64,000 bases of DNA from Phoronis australis (Eukaryota > Animalia > Phoronida). The stretch is from NCBI GenBank assembly GCA_002633005.1, contig NMRA01000475.1, positions 186,001-250,000 of the forward strand, written 5' to 3'. Of the stretch, positions 22,472 through 36,049 are shown one piece after another. The notes beneath the pieces are model-generated. The model was not told where the DNA came from and searched no databases. It worked only from the letters and a program-made list of their open reading frames with translations. The position numbers were made by a program, and so were the translations under genes. Position 1 is the stretch's first letter, and each line of letters starts with the position of its first letter.

Positions 22472-25400
22472 CTATTGGTTTATCAATTTCCCGAAGTCAA
22501 CCGTAACATTCTGTGTTTTCAAAGTCTCGACAAATTTTTCAATGGACACCGCGTTCTTGTCCGTCTTCAAAGCCGATGCAAAGGTGCCAAGGATCAAAAG
22601 AATCGAAGCAGCGAACGCTATGGAATTGTTCAAGAAGTTGTATTTTCTTTTATCCTTCGTCAAGAGCGCTGTTTTAAAGTCCGTCAGGGCCAAAATGGAT
22701 AAACCCAGCAGACCAGCAACTTGGATGATCATCATCGTAATGTAAATAGAAAGTAATAGGACATAGAAAGGCTCCACTTCTGAAAAAGAAAAGACATCTG
22801 CCTTGAACCCGGCTCCTACCAAATGTGTCGTTTATACCCTTACCGTTATAAAATTTGATCTCAACTAATTGTTCCCTACTTAAATGAGAAGTGTATTCTT
22901 GTAATGCTTGTAAGGATTGTCAGATTGTTATTGCCTGATGGAGGACATGGCTGACGCACAAAACGGCTCCCGCCAACTTATAGAGCCTGGTCTCCAACAC
23001 CACCTAACTGTCACATCTTTCTAAGAAATCACTTCTAATCTGAGAAAGGGACAACTTTTAGGTTGTTAGTAGTTTAAAAACTACTACTTCATCGCCCATC
23101 GATGTCGAGTGAAAACATTTGGATGAAAATGCGCACTACATGAATAAAAAAACTTCGTTTTCAGAAGATTTCGATAGCGAGAATAAAGATAATAAGCACA
23201 GACCCGAATGATAGCGTTCAGAAGAACGTATTTTGACTTATATGTTATCGAAAAACGCACAATTATTGTCAACCACGTGCCAAATGCTACGCTCGTTTTG
23301 CAAATATGAGTTTAATCAGAAGTTCAAAAGAGCACAAACAAAGGGACGAGTTCTTCAGGGCTTCACTGGTGCAATTTTAACAAATCTGAACTTTCAAATT
23401 TACCTTTTCCAGCTTGCACGAGTTCCTTCAGTGCTATGACCGTCATCTCAAGAAGCCCTATGTTGAGAACACCAGCGGTGATAGACTTGATTGTGGTGTA
23501 TTTTCCGACAGAGCGTCCGCCTGTCTGTCAATTAAAAGCGACAGAAAAGATACTCCTACTTTGAAGACAGTACTTGATCAATCAAATCCTACTAGCAGAT
23601 CTGTGTTGCAGAAAAGTGCACATGAGAGGTACATGTGGACTAACAGGTGTCAAAAGCGTATTTAATTTGTTGAACAAAGAACGAGCTCGTAATGATTTAA
23701 CAACTGCATAAACTTGTTTTTTAGGCAGAATATACTGTAAACATCGGAATGGTCCCTAATAGGATGCCGATGACTAGGACTGTTTAGATATGTTATTTGT
23801 TGCAAATCACATCTGGGATTTTAATGTTTTACTGCATGTTTATCTGACACGCCACTGGACAAATAGACTACTGTAAAGTAATTATAATGACTTGATAGTT
23901 AACTGGTTGATCAGTCTGAATTTTTGAGTAACAGTGTTTGCAAACAATTTTTGCCTGACAGCGTTAGCCCACATTGAACGCATAAGAAGGAATTCTCTCC
24001 CCTGGTTGTGAACAGTTAAGTAGTTAAAAGTTTGCGCCCCCCCCGCCCACCGGAACAGCGGCCTTAACCACGGCACTGTTTTCTTCTTATTCCGAGTTTG
24101 TACAAAAAGTCCCCGCTAAGTGCATGTCTCACAGCCCTAGCCTCCAATATAAGAGAAACACAATAATGTTACTACGCAAATCATCTCCTCAAACCGGTTT
24201 TAGAAAGTGAAGACATATAGTCAATTCTGGTCATTTAGCTAAACAGAGAGATGTTTGGCATTACCTTGACAGTTATGTCTTGGAGTAATTCACTAAAATC
24301 TGTTTGGAATTGTCCTTCGTTGTCGCCTGGCTCGTCGTTCTTGTGCGCCTTAAAAGAAAAAAATGCATTGAAACTATCTCTCTTTCACGTTTTTCGATCT
24401 CTGAATACGAGGAACCATTCATTTTCTGATCATCGGAGGCGAAATAGAATTTTAGTCATGCTTGTGAAAAGCAATACACCGAGGAGACAATGATCCCAAC
24501 GGTACGTTAAAATGTTCTTTTTTAAATATCAACGAAACTAGGATTTTCATGGACAGAATCACAAGGTATATACAAAATTGATAAACAAGGGCCAATCCAA
24601 CACTTTAAATGTTGGACTAGCCCTTTATAAAGAAAAATTCAAACTAAGAGCTTTCCAAAATCCACGCCCAGGTCTTGCTTAAGTCCATTTCTCTGTTAAA
24701 AAGAAAGAAACCCAGTCAGATCACACCTTCTCCAAGTTCGTCCTATCACTGGCCGACAGTTTCAACTTACCTCTTTGACTGCATTCCTCATTATTACAAA
24801 GTCTTCAAGATGTTTTAACTGAAACAAGTCAAAGAATTTTATTTCTTGGCATATGATATTAGCAACTGTACAGTATTACTGGTACCTAGGTACATTGAAA
24901 CAAGACGACGTTGTTTTATTAAAACTTTGTCATGTGGATTACTGGAAATTGTACAAATGAAGAAAAATATCGAACCAGTAGTAGTGGTTCCTTAGTACAT
25001 TGAAACAGGAAAGCGTTTTTTATTGAAAATTTATCATACTAATTATTGAAAATTGGGCAAATGAAGACAAATATCGAAATCCGGTCAGTTCGTAATCCCA
25101 GTAGTCTCGAAGGATTGACATCTTGTGCTTATTTTTCGTATCCGTTTGATAGTCAAGGAAAATTTGAAAAATTGTCCGAGTTTCCTGTCCGATCCCCGGG
25201 ATTTCTGTTTCAAAGGTCAGGGTTCGTGTTTTTAGGACTGGTTAATTGTACTGGATGTGCAGGAGTCTTGTTTTCGACTTCAGGATATGCTTTATGTGAC
25301 CGAGGTTCCTGTTTCGATGGAACACCCTAGGTAAGTAGAAGTCGGATGGGCTTGGTTTGGGACACTCTTGATACATTGACGTATGCACCGTGGTATGATT

Positions 25401-26091
25401 AGGCCTACGGTGTACTAATGTTCGTGTGGAGTACATCTCTGTCAGTTACTACGTAAGCCAACTCGAGATATACAGCAGTCCAGGCCCACGGTACTCCTAT
25501 AGACGATACAGGACGACCCGGTTCCAAACAAGACTGCTTTTACGACTGACGAAATTCTTAACGAAAGGGTCCACGTTGGCAGTTCCAAACTCTACAAAGC
25601 CTGGGAACCCTTTTCTGACGTAAAGGGTTTTTAATATTTCCAGGATACAATTTGTTTGTCTAAGATGTACTCATTTTTGAAAACATGCTGTATTGTCTGC
25701 TGGCGAAGAATCCCTGGCCCACCCGGCCCCCACGAAAGGGTGAAGTGTATGGAATCCGTTTCTACAAAGAGGTAATGAAACAAAGTCCTAAGAAAGTGTA
25801 ACATTTTCATGAAAGTTCTGCTCTCTTTTTCGAATCCTATCTCCAAATGAGGGTATCCTAATTTTCCATGCAACTGCGCGCACCGTCAAAATATACCCCA
25901 GCCCGAGATTTGCAACGGAATCGACGTCAGCGCAGCCGTGAGACCTACTCAGCCAGTGTATTCCATTCCTCGACAATGGTACATTGTTATGAATATAACA
26001 CACTACTCACTTTTATAGATATCTCTGTATCACCTGCCGGCGGATCGGTACCAAAGATATACGACTGGATAGCCATGTCATTATTTGCCAT
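22472..26091 (-). CDS. Divergent ninjurin-family membrane protein; exons 26011-26091, 24771-24818, 24265-24348, 23404-23524, 22472-22779 (642 nt, 213 aa)
   Basis: Phase-compatible GT-AG junctions. Exons 4-5 give KYTTIKSITAGVLNIGLLEMTVIALKELVQAGKEVEPFYVLLLSIYITMMIIQVAGLLGLSILA...YNFLNNSIAFAASILLILGTFASAL, matching the ninjurin pattern Y..KS....L[D]I.LL......LK.....G....FY...Q...FLNN. Exons 1-3 rest only on splice signals, frame and a good Kozak context (ATCATGG). Confidence 0.8.
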
Positions 26092-26984
26092 GATGATTGC
26101 CGACGACTCAACCAGCGCCCTTTCCAGGTTCAGACTGTAGGTCCGTATGACCAGTAATGTCGCCAGGTCTTGGTAATCCTGAAGTCGCAAGTTACTTGTT
26201 CGTTCTCAGCGTGGGGTTACAGTTATGCGTATAGAGCAATTCCTTTATACCCCACTTATTATATACATTACCGAGAGGTGAAGGTCATGTCCTTTATGTT
26301 AGTTTGGAATACAGTCAGAACTCAACGCATGCGTGATGGAATGCGGAGCAGGCCGCGGGATCTTTGTCAACTGAAGGTAGGTTTTGTTTGCTTTTTGCAG
26401 ACGGTCAAGTTATCGATGTCATATCTCGACATGCTGTTTATTAAGTTTTATTTTTAATTCAGTTTGGAGAGGGGGTAAAACCGGTCTAAGTTTGCTAAAG
26501 GATTCGAAATAAACAATAGACACGTGACACGACCTCACAAATATCTTTCAAGTAAAACAAAAAAATCCGTGACTGGTAAAAACTTGTGTATTAACGATAT
26601 TTCAAACCTTATTCACAAAAAATTGGCCGCTTTTACAATATTTCACAAACATCTAGCAAAGTACCTTATTTTCATTCTCAGGAAACTTCAAATACGGAAT
26701 GTATACCATGTAACCAGAAAAAAATTAGCGCTACCACCTTCAAGAGCGTGGAAATTAGTTTACTGCATATCCGAGGTCAAAGACATAGAGCAGCTCCGTA
26801 TGTACCCCCAGTCCTTTCATTCACCGAGTAGACATAATATTGAGTCATCGAGGTGCAAATGCCATGGAAAGATGCCGCGGAAAACGAAGATAAAACGTTG
26901 CTTTTATCTTGAGGGAGTTGTGCGTCTACATGCATACCACCGTACGTTTAGAACGAATCGCTGCCGGCACCGCCTCTGTGACAT

Positions 26985-28342
26985 TTAAAAAGGGTCTCAT
27001 TAAAATCAACTAAGGGGTTATTTTCCTATGAATGTACCTGTCTTAAAAATCATGTTATTTTGACTTAAAAAGGTTGTAACGTAATAATAATAATGACACC
27101 TAAATTTTTACTAATTTACATAGTCTGTTTTTTATATATGAGTTAGAATGAAGGACACTAAATTATGTTTGAAATAACCTTAAAAAACCCAGCAGCAATT
27201 GACACCACGTGCATCACATATAACACATGGTGATATCTCGCGAAGTTTTGCGTGATGTTGCGTTTTCGCGTTCTATGAACGCACTCCCGATTTGGCAGTT
27301 CTTGTAATGCTAATGACAAACAAAAGTTCTTAGACCAAAAATGTGTCGTTTCCCGGCGATACTAGGAGGGAATTTACCCGTCTGTCGCGAGGCGGACGCA
27401 GTCTTGTAGATTATGTATATTATCCACAGAACTATTTGATTTAATGGCTAGTGGCAATCTGGATAACGCGGTCTACTGCATTACGGATTTGCTGCGGCAG
27501 TGTGCCGTATCAACCATGAAAACTTATAAACACCTCAACAAAAGTTCGGAAATTTGTGTTCACTCGTCCGTATTTTCATTACCTTTGGTTTATTTAAATC
27601 ATGTTGCATACCAATGGAAAGTTCAGTCATTTTTCCCTGTTTTTGCCAAGCAGTGTCATCACATGTGATAGCATGGCATGGAACTCCTGCTGTTAGCAGG
27701 CCCTGTATGAATAGCAATTATGCAAATTGTGTTTGGAGTGCCCAGTTTGCAGCTTTCTTCTAATGTAAAAATCCATTGTTCTGGCTCCATATGGAATGGC
27801 CCGCATGGAGACTTGAACCCTATAGAACACCTGTGAGACCAACTCGGACTGATTTACGGCACTTATTGACTCATGAGTGGAATGCCATCACACAACAACG
27901 GGTCGCCAGGCTAGTAAACAGCATGCAAAGGAGGTGTGTCGCTGTAGTTTATGAAATTTGCTCGTCAACCCCAATTCCGAGAACACTATCACTACTGTGT
28001 ATCAGTCAGTTGTTCGATAAATAAAGTGTTTAAGGTTATCTCAAACCTTATTTAGTGGCCTCCATTCTAACTCGTATATCAAAAAACTAAGCTTTGTCAA
28101 CAAAAAGTATATATTTTCTGAAAGAAAAAAGATCAGGGAATATAAAAATATGTTTTTTATTTATGCACCATTATTTTTTTACGTTAACACCTTTTTTAAG
28201 TCAAATTTAATTTTTGAGAAAGCTGCATTCCTAACAAAATAACCCCTCAACCGATTTTAACCCTTTTTAAATGAAAACTTCACCAGTTATCTCAAAAACG
28301 CTATTAGGCATAAATTTTGGGCAACTTAAATGGAACTATCTG
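26985..28342 (+). mobile_element. Decayed Tc1/mariner element with long imperfect TIRs
   Basis: Inverted repeats at about 26985-27100 and 28160-28272; transposase C-terminal remnant MEWPA..DLNPIEHL*DQL...EWNAITQQRVARLVNSMQRRCVAVV at 27790-27950. Confidence 0.8.
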
Positions 28343-28917
28343 TACTAATTACTTAATTAATATTTTATTTCGACAATCCTAAAGAGGTCTGGAAATTAAT
28401 TAAACGCAATGTGCGGGCATCTTCTTCTACAATTAGTCCGCAGAAATGGCACGACTCTTTCAAGGATTTATTAAACCAAACTTTTTCTATTGACCACTAT
28501 TTTGAGTGGACTGGCCACGCAGGATATGATTGAACACGATAGTTCCTGTTAAAAGTGTACTAATAATTACCCAGTTGATCTTAACACTTCTCAAATATAC
28601 GAGGCCATTGAACAATTTACTAATGGCAGAGGGGGGGGGGGTTATGATGACGTTATTTTTGAAATGCTGAAGTGCAGTAAAGTAACGATAGTGCCAGTCT
28701 TGCATAAGTTATTTAATGCGACTTTTGATTCTGGGTATTATCCCCAGACTTGTGTGACGCAATGCTTACTCCAGTGCATAAACAAGGTACTATCAATGAC
28801 AAAAATAACTATACATGTATTTCCCTCCTGTCTGCACCGGGAAATATTTTTATCAGACTTTTAAATAACAGTCTTTATTGCTGGGCTGAAAATAATGATA
28901 AACGTTCTGAGTCTTAA

Positions 28918-31028
28918 AGGAGAATGCCACCGAAAAAACAACCTATTTTGTATCAATTTAGATTGAGTAGTTCCACTCGATAACAGCAAGTACTGCCTAA
29001 CGTTCAGTAACTCTAGGACCTCGCTAAAAAGCAAGACTTCGCGAGATTACATGAGATATTGCCGTGCATTTTAAATGAGAACACGTGACTTTGACTAGGT
29101 CTTAGGTAGGTCCTAGCGTAGGTCCTAGCGTCTACTGAACGCACGCCAGCTCTTTTACCTGACACTTGACGGCAGACGGAGGTGTTGAAATTAACCAATG
29201 ACGTCAGAGGTTCGAATGCAGTCTGTTCAGCAGTACACAACACGCTTACTGGTGTCATCTTATCGCTTAAACTCATCGTTTTACACCAATAAATCACCAA
29301 AATTCGATGTAAAACCCTTAAAAATACATCGAGTTATTAAACAAACGTGTTATTTTATTTCGCTGTTACGGATTTTTAGGTATTTGAACGTAAAGTTCGG
29401 CAGGCCAATTTACCGCAAGGTCGGTCGCGGGAGTTTGGGGTCTGTTTGATGATAAATCCAAATAATTCGTCTGTAAAATACAGACAGGAGAACATAGCTG
29501 CATGTTGTAATTTTTGACTTGCGATTTTTTAAGTTCTAAACACACGAAACGCTTGCTATCTCTGCCAGTGGCTCGGAACCCGATCAGGCCCATCGCGGCC
29601 GAACTGAAGACATCACGAACATAAACTAGCCAAAGTTGGAAACTAAACTTCCAGTCACGAAAAGACTATATTAGTGAGGCAGAGAAAAAATGTGCACGCT
29701 GATCATTTTGGTGAATTAGCCGCGAAACTGCAAATCTACTTACTTGCTCGTCGGGGGCCGCGAAGTCAGCCGTTACCATTCCACAGAATCGTCAGGACAA
29801 AAGTTGTACAATAACAATGATTCGAATAATGCATAAGAATATCTAAATAAAGATCCCCCTAACATCTGACCATAGTATGTAAAATGGAGTTATTGTTTCA
29901 CAATAGCTGTCTATCAGCAAACACTGAATTAGCATAAACTCACACGGCCTCGGTGCCCGGTCAATTAGCCGGTTTATAGCATCTAAAGCCGGTAACGCAG
30001 TGATTCTCAGAACACTCCAAGGCATTACAAATTGTACCTAATGAGACAGACTTTGTTTCAGTTTTATAAGCATTAGTTAGGTTGAGAATAATTCATTTTA
30101 ACGGAAACACTTAACGCTCAATATAAACGTCAACGTGGCAATTCGCAATCCCGACTTAGACGAGTGCTCATCCGACGAAGACTTCACAGGTCGATTGTTA
30201 GGTTTCACAGGAATACACTGATCAAGAAATAATAGAGAGGCTCCGTGAACGTGCACAGACAACGGAACATACGGAGAGTTCCGAATACCGTTTGAATGAC
30301 TTGTCATGGTGTCAGTGAGCTAACTGCACGATAATGGAACGACTATCGCTTCCGTTTGCTGCCACGAAATTCCGCAAGTGAAACGAATTCTTGGAGAAGC
30401 GCAGATGTGTCTCACAGACTATCCTGGTTTTGCACCGCATCGAAAAAAGGTGTGCTGACGACATTTTTTAGGCTTTGAAAAATATTTGGCAAAAACATCC
30501 TACTCCCGGAGGGCCAAACAGAAGCCCAACGAACAAGCCAGTCATCAAACAGGTTATAGAAAACGTTATGTTCTCACTCCTTGAATTAGTTGTAATTGTT
30601 TATGTTTTCATGGCCAACTACAATTATCCATAATCGAAAATTGATCAACAACCGATCAGACGAAATGCAGGCCACTGCAAGACGTGGAGGAGTTTTACGA
30701 CCTCATACTAGGTATCAACGGCATACTATTCATTCTTCACTACCGCGAGCCACTTCCAAAGCTTTATGGACTCTCGAGGAAACCGAAAAAACAATATACC
30801 TGTTTTCCTCGCAGCTTCATAGTTCACACAAGCGGGAACGATTCACCACACCATAGGGACACAGGCTCACTCTGCCGAAGAACCACTCTCGTCGCTGCGT
30901 CGTTTCTCATCTTCCTCACAGGTTAACGCGACACCTCTCAGCGAGGTAAGATTGACCGTATACGAGGTGATGTGGATTTAGACCGATCAAGACGGTAAAA
31001 GACTAATTAAATCAGCTGGCATTCTCCT
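28918..31028. mobile_element. Kolobok DNA transposon deletion derivative (copy 1) with convergent KolX (+) and THAP (-) remnants
   Basis: TTAA|AGGAGAATGCCA ... TGGCATTCTCCT|TTAA. Plus strand about 30280-30440: RLNDLSWCQ*ANC..M...VCCHEIP...CLTDYPGF. Minus strand 30854-30659: MVW*IVPACVN...FFRFPRE...KW...GLHF. Confidence 0.85.
28995..29147. mobile_element. MITE of about 150 bp (CGTTCAGTA..CTAGGACCT TIR) nested in Kolobok copy 1
   Basis: Absent from the matching position of Kolobok copy 2; further copies at about 46333-46487 and 49660-49790. Confidence 0.8.
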
Positions 31029-31994
31029 TTAAGCTGGCTTTGGAAAGGGCTACTCTACGTTGACCAAGTGTTTACACTTCAAGCTATGTGTCACAAGTAT
31101 TTGAGTCGGCAAAATGCTAAATTTTACTGCGCTTTTGTTGACCTCTCAAAGGCATTTACTTGAATCCCTCATAATTTACTCTTCTACAGATTGAAAAATA
31201 TCGATGTACACGGTAAGCTTTTCATCATACTCCGCTCTATGTATGATAAATTGCGCACTTGCGTGAAAGCTCAAGGTGGTCTTTCAGAGTTCTTTGGTTG
31301 AACTGTTGGAACTCGCATGGTTTGTTTGATCAGCCCACTATTTGTGTCGTATCTAAATGAATTTCTGGATCAACTGGCTGCGAATAGTTATATTAATAGT
31401 ACATATCTCATCGAGCAAATGCCAAGAGTCAATTCTCTGGTGTACGCAGAGAACATGGTGTTGTTCCTCTACCGCCGTCAAATTACAACGCATCCTAAAA
31501 TGTTTGGCAGAATTTTACTAATTGTTGGCCATGCAAATTAACTTGAAGAAAGCCAAATTGATCGTTTTCGGAAATGGCGGTCCCCTAAGACGATATGAGA
31601 AATGGTTCTACAAATGGAACTTTGGTCGATGTGGTGTCTCATTACAAACACCTTGGACTGTTTATTGCCCCCCAAAAGTTTCGAGGACCAAAGCCATTAA
31701 AACATTATCTAGTCAACCAAATAACTGAAAGCTGCCTCTGCAATTTGTAAATTGAAGGGTAGATGTCGTGATCTACCTCTTTCGATAGCCTTTCACCTGT
31801 TCGATAAAATGGTTTACCCCTCTTTGCGCTGATATCAAAAAATGGAAAATATTCATATCAAGTTTTGTAAACGCATTTTAAGAGTAGGCAGTTCTTGTTC
31901 TAACTCGGCAGTTATGGGAGAATGTGATCGATTCCCATTGTTTTCTAAATATTTTTTATCCTGTGTGAAATATTGGTTCAAAGTACTGAGGATA

Positions 31995-32483
31995 CAGTGG
32001 CAGATCTACGATTTCAGTAAGGGGGGGGGGGGNNNNNNNNNNNNNNNNNNNNNNNNNNNNNNNNNNNNNNNNNNNNNNNNNNNNNNNNNNNNNNNNNNNN
32101 NNNNNNNNNNNNNNNNNNNNNNNNNNNNNNNNNNNNNNNNNNNNNNNNNNNNNNNNNNNNNNNNNNNNNNNNNNNNNNNNNNNNNNNNNNNNNNNNNNNN
32201 NNNNNNNNNNNNNNNNNNNNNNNNNNNNNNNNNNNNNNNNNNNNNNNNNNNNNNNNNNNNNNNNNNNNNNNNNNNNNNNNNNNNNNNNNNNNNNNNNNNN
32301 NNNNNNNNNNNNNNNNNNNNNNNNNNNNNNNNNNNNNNNNNNNNNNNNNNNNNNNNNNNNNNNNNNNNNNNNNNNNNNNNNNNNNNNNNNNNNNNNNNNN
32401 NNNNNNNNNNNNNNNNNNNNNNNNNNNNNNNNNNNNNNNNNNNNNTTTAAACCCCCTGAAACCCCCCTGTAGATCCGCCTCTG
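31995..32483. mobile_element. Second copy of the 420-654 MITE, spanning the assembly gap
   Basis: Same ends; 5-bp TSD GGATA at 31990-31994 and 32484-32488. Confidence 0.85.
32033..32445. other. Assembly gap (413 N)
   Basis: Run of N directly after a G homopolymer. Confidence 1.
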
Positions 32484-35400
32484 GGATACCTAGTAATCGT
32501 GTAGTAAACGCAGCTCAGGACATTTTTTTTTCAGTCAGATTTGATCGGAAGATCTTATAGCTGCGCAAGTTTTGTAAGGAAACTTTTGTCTGTATGTGGT
32601 TTTTCAGATGTATGGATTAATCAGGGTGTGAATGAACCAAGCGTATTTCTTAACAGTTTTTTCCCGGCGTGTCAGTGTCTGCTATTTGCAAGGGTGGCAA
32701 TCTGATATCGAATCTGACGCAAAACTGTCTTACTATTTGGTTTTAAACAATGTATTGTTTAGAGAATTATTTAGAAATAGTGTCCAACGTGTTTTTATCC
32801 AGTCTCTGGCTCGATTGCCATGCTCAGAACATTCGATACTTGTGGAATGAGATCGCCGCATATTCCCTATGAAAATAGGTTGTGCAAGTTATGTAATTTG
32901 GGATGCGTAGGGGACGAATACCATGTCGTGTTAGTCTGCGGTGGAAACCTAGACCCTCGGGTTCTGTATATAAGTGATAGCTTTTGTCATTCTCAGACAA
33001 CATCTAAATTTGAATCTCTCATGAGAACTCCGGATACCTCGCTTCTAAAATTCATGCAACACGCTCTCAAGCGTCACAGCTTACTATCCAGTTTTAACGC
33101 ACCTGACAATGTATATATTTCAATAACTCGGTTCAAGCCTTTCGGAATATAGGCCCGGTTAATTTGATCACAGCAGAGTGAATATGATCGAAAGACAATA
33201 GAGGGAGTAAGGACTGGGGAAATTGACATTGCCTTCCGTATTTCTAACCGCACGCCTACGGGAAACTCACCTTCAAAGCCCTGGGGGAGGGAGGCAGTGC
33301 CGATGAGATGCGAATTGTTTGGCATAGCTTTGTATCGCTTTTTAGCGTTTTTGTATCAGTATGGGACTTCATTTTAATGTAAGCAGGTGTGAATATTGTA
33401 ATGAAAAATCATTATTTTTGCTTGGTACAGCTTTGGCTCTGTGGGTATGAATATATACTCGGGAACCCAATGGTCGTCCGCCTAAGCATAAAACCGGCTT
33501 GTTGTCGTACTCACCCAATTATTCCACTTCAAAGTTATGCTCTGCATAGAACTTGATTTGACTCTCACAAATCCATAGTATTAGTTGATTCAAAAGTTTT
33601 GTTTTATTTATGCCGAGTTGTTTGAAGTGTGCATTGCTTTTCGGCAACCATTTTATAATGACTCCTACGTTCGTCATATACTGCCGCCTTTTGAAAGAAC
33701 AGAAAACCACACATAAAAAGGCCAAGGAAATAGTGGAAAGTGGTTTACAGCAATTCTACTTCAACCACAAACTGTTTTACTAGTTTGATATCAATTTTTA
33801 AATTGATTAAAATTGATTTAGAATTTCAGTTCTGGAAAATAAATCGCAATTGTTTTATTCCAGATAGACCTTACTTATTTTGTATTTGTGAGCTCTTTAT
33901 TTGACTTTTTGCTCTTGTTGTTCTTAATAGTACCACTTATCTATGCTGTCTTTCTTTTTATTTTCAGTTTCTCTTCATTCTCTGTTACACCTTGTCAGCC
34001 AAAACAGAAAATGTAACCCTTTGAGACTTTTTCGGCGCAAGTTGATCATTGAACCTGTTGTTCTAATTGTTCTAATAAATTACCCAATATCGTATTGTTT
34101 GATTTTTTCTCACCTTTAACAGGCTTCTGAAATCATAAATAAATAAATAAATACCCAAGTTGCATTTGCATTTTATTGCTCAATCTCTTCTTTATTTTTG
34201 ATTATGTCATGCTGTGTTGTATGCAGTAACAATGCAATATAGTGAAATAAAGTCAATGTTTTACTTTATTGGTGGCCATTCTCTATCAATTCAAGTATTT
34301 TAATTTTCTTCAAATAAATTCAAAATGCTTTGACCAAAATTTTCAACATAAATCTTGAGCTCAGTACTTTGTTTTGCAATAAAAAACAAGTGGACAATAT
34401 TTTGATGACCAAGGCGTGGGCCGAAACTGTTAAGCACCCAGCGTGTTCCATTTGTCTGCTGCGTTTTTCCTTTGGCCTAACAGGTGTCGGTCAGTGCCTG
34501 GGACAAACAGATACATTGCATAAACAATCTCTGGGTTGTTTTTTGTTCCGTCTGAAGAAAATTTAATTTCGAAAATATCTTCTGAAAATGAACAAAAAAG
34601 TGCATTAGTAAAATCTACAAGTTTTTAAGTGATCTCAAAAAAGCAGTCGGTAAATGCATTAATTTTAGTTTCGGTTCTTCCATGCGTGTTTCTACCGAGA
34701 GGTTAGTACCTAAGGTGCAGACGAGCACTACAAATTGGAACGCTAAGTCCCGCGTGGCTGCGCTGCACGCGAAAGAAGATGGCGGACGACCTTTGGAGCC
34801 TGACGACGATAGGTATCCGGACTATACTAAAACGTGATATTAAAAAATACCTGATATGTGTCACTCATATTTTGACCCTTCCTTCAATGGGTATTGGTAC
34901 CCATTTAGCTCTAGTTAATTACAAACAGGGATTGTATTTTAAAGGGTACAAAAAGCAGACACAATTCTAGCTCTTTGTATTTTTCTCGTTTTGCTATGTA
35001 AAATGGTCTCAAGTCTGGAGTCTCACCTTACTCCCCCAAACCCTTAAGTTGCCTTTTGATGCTTTCATTAAAGGTAAGGTGCTTATGTTGACTTTTGACA
35101 GGTATTCCGTGGCCAGATGTGGTATTTTGGTCTTTGACACTAAAAAAATTACGTTCGCACTTCTCTCTGCTTTGAAGCCGATTTTCATCCTGTCGCTCGA
35201 TTTTGAAATTTGTCAAACTCGATTTGTAATTTATGGAAAGCCAAAGCGGAAAACATCCATCACACATACTTCCTATGCAAGATTTAAAAACCGCCAAAAC
35301 ATTATTCTTACTCTGCAGGAACACAAAATGCCACAAAACCAAAATTTTCAATGATGCAATAATTACAAAAACAGTTCAAAACGGTAATTTGTCTATGCAA

Positions 35401-35569
35401 GAACAAAAAACAAATCAATACCAAAATTTATTAAGTTAGGTCCAAAAATTCACTGTGCATGACCGAAAATTCAAACCGCCAGAAACAAAAATTTATCACG
35501 CCAGAAAATTTTCAGGCCAGCAAACCACACGATCACAACTCCACAAGCTTGAGGGCTGAGCGTGAACAA

Positions 35570-35700
35570 TGTCTCGCCGACGGCCGTCATATTATCTGCA
35601 TAAAAGAATGTCTTGATAGTCAGGTTATATGGAAGGTCATTTATGTATTTCAGAAAAAGAAATGGTCTGAGGGCACAAAAATGACGTACTTGACCTGCGT
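35570..35700 (-). mobile_element. Small LINE reverse-transcriptase fragment (CR1/L2-like)
   Basis: LRPFLFLKYINDLP...FFYADN resembles RT domains 4-5 (PLLF.IYINDLP...YADD). Confidence 0.7.
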
Positions 35701-36049
35701 TGATTAATACTAGTGGAAAGTGCTGAGGGAGCATGCGCGTAACCAGGGGGATTACCAAAGAGAACATTAGACGTAATCTGAGTAAATGTCCCACATTCCC
35801 AATATTAATAGCCCACTAAATGCAATTATGAAAACTTCTATTGGTAAAAAAGTTCCTTTAGGTGCTACATGCATCGGTTGTAGTAATAATTATCTGACGC
35901 ATTCTACTTAGCATATGTTTTGAACTATTATGACATGTCTATGACGTAGTACGCTTCAACGGCATAGCCAACAGCTATTTGCGTTGTCATCATCACACGA
36001 TATGGAAGGTCCTAAGAGTTTTGAGGTCTTCACAGTTTACTGAAAGAAC

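Larger units (their letters stand above)
28370..33110 (+). mobile_element. Decayed non-LTR retrotransposon ORF2 (RTEX/CR1-like, clade uncertain), split by Kolobok and MITE insertions
   Basis: Frameshifted RT motifs KLFNATFDSGYYP, AGFGKGYST, FYCAFVDLSKAF, KFCKRILRV..SNSAVMGECDRFPL and C-terminal RLCKLC...DEYHVVLVC. Confidence 0.85.

Noticed and set aside
22475-22745. Plus-strand ORFs over the last ninjurin exon
   Set aside because: Antisense shadows of the minus-strand exon.
31842-32450. 202-aa ORF
   Set aside because: LINE fragment read through a MITE end and Ns.
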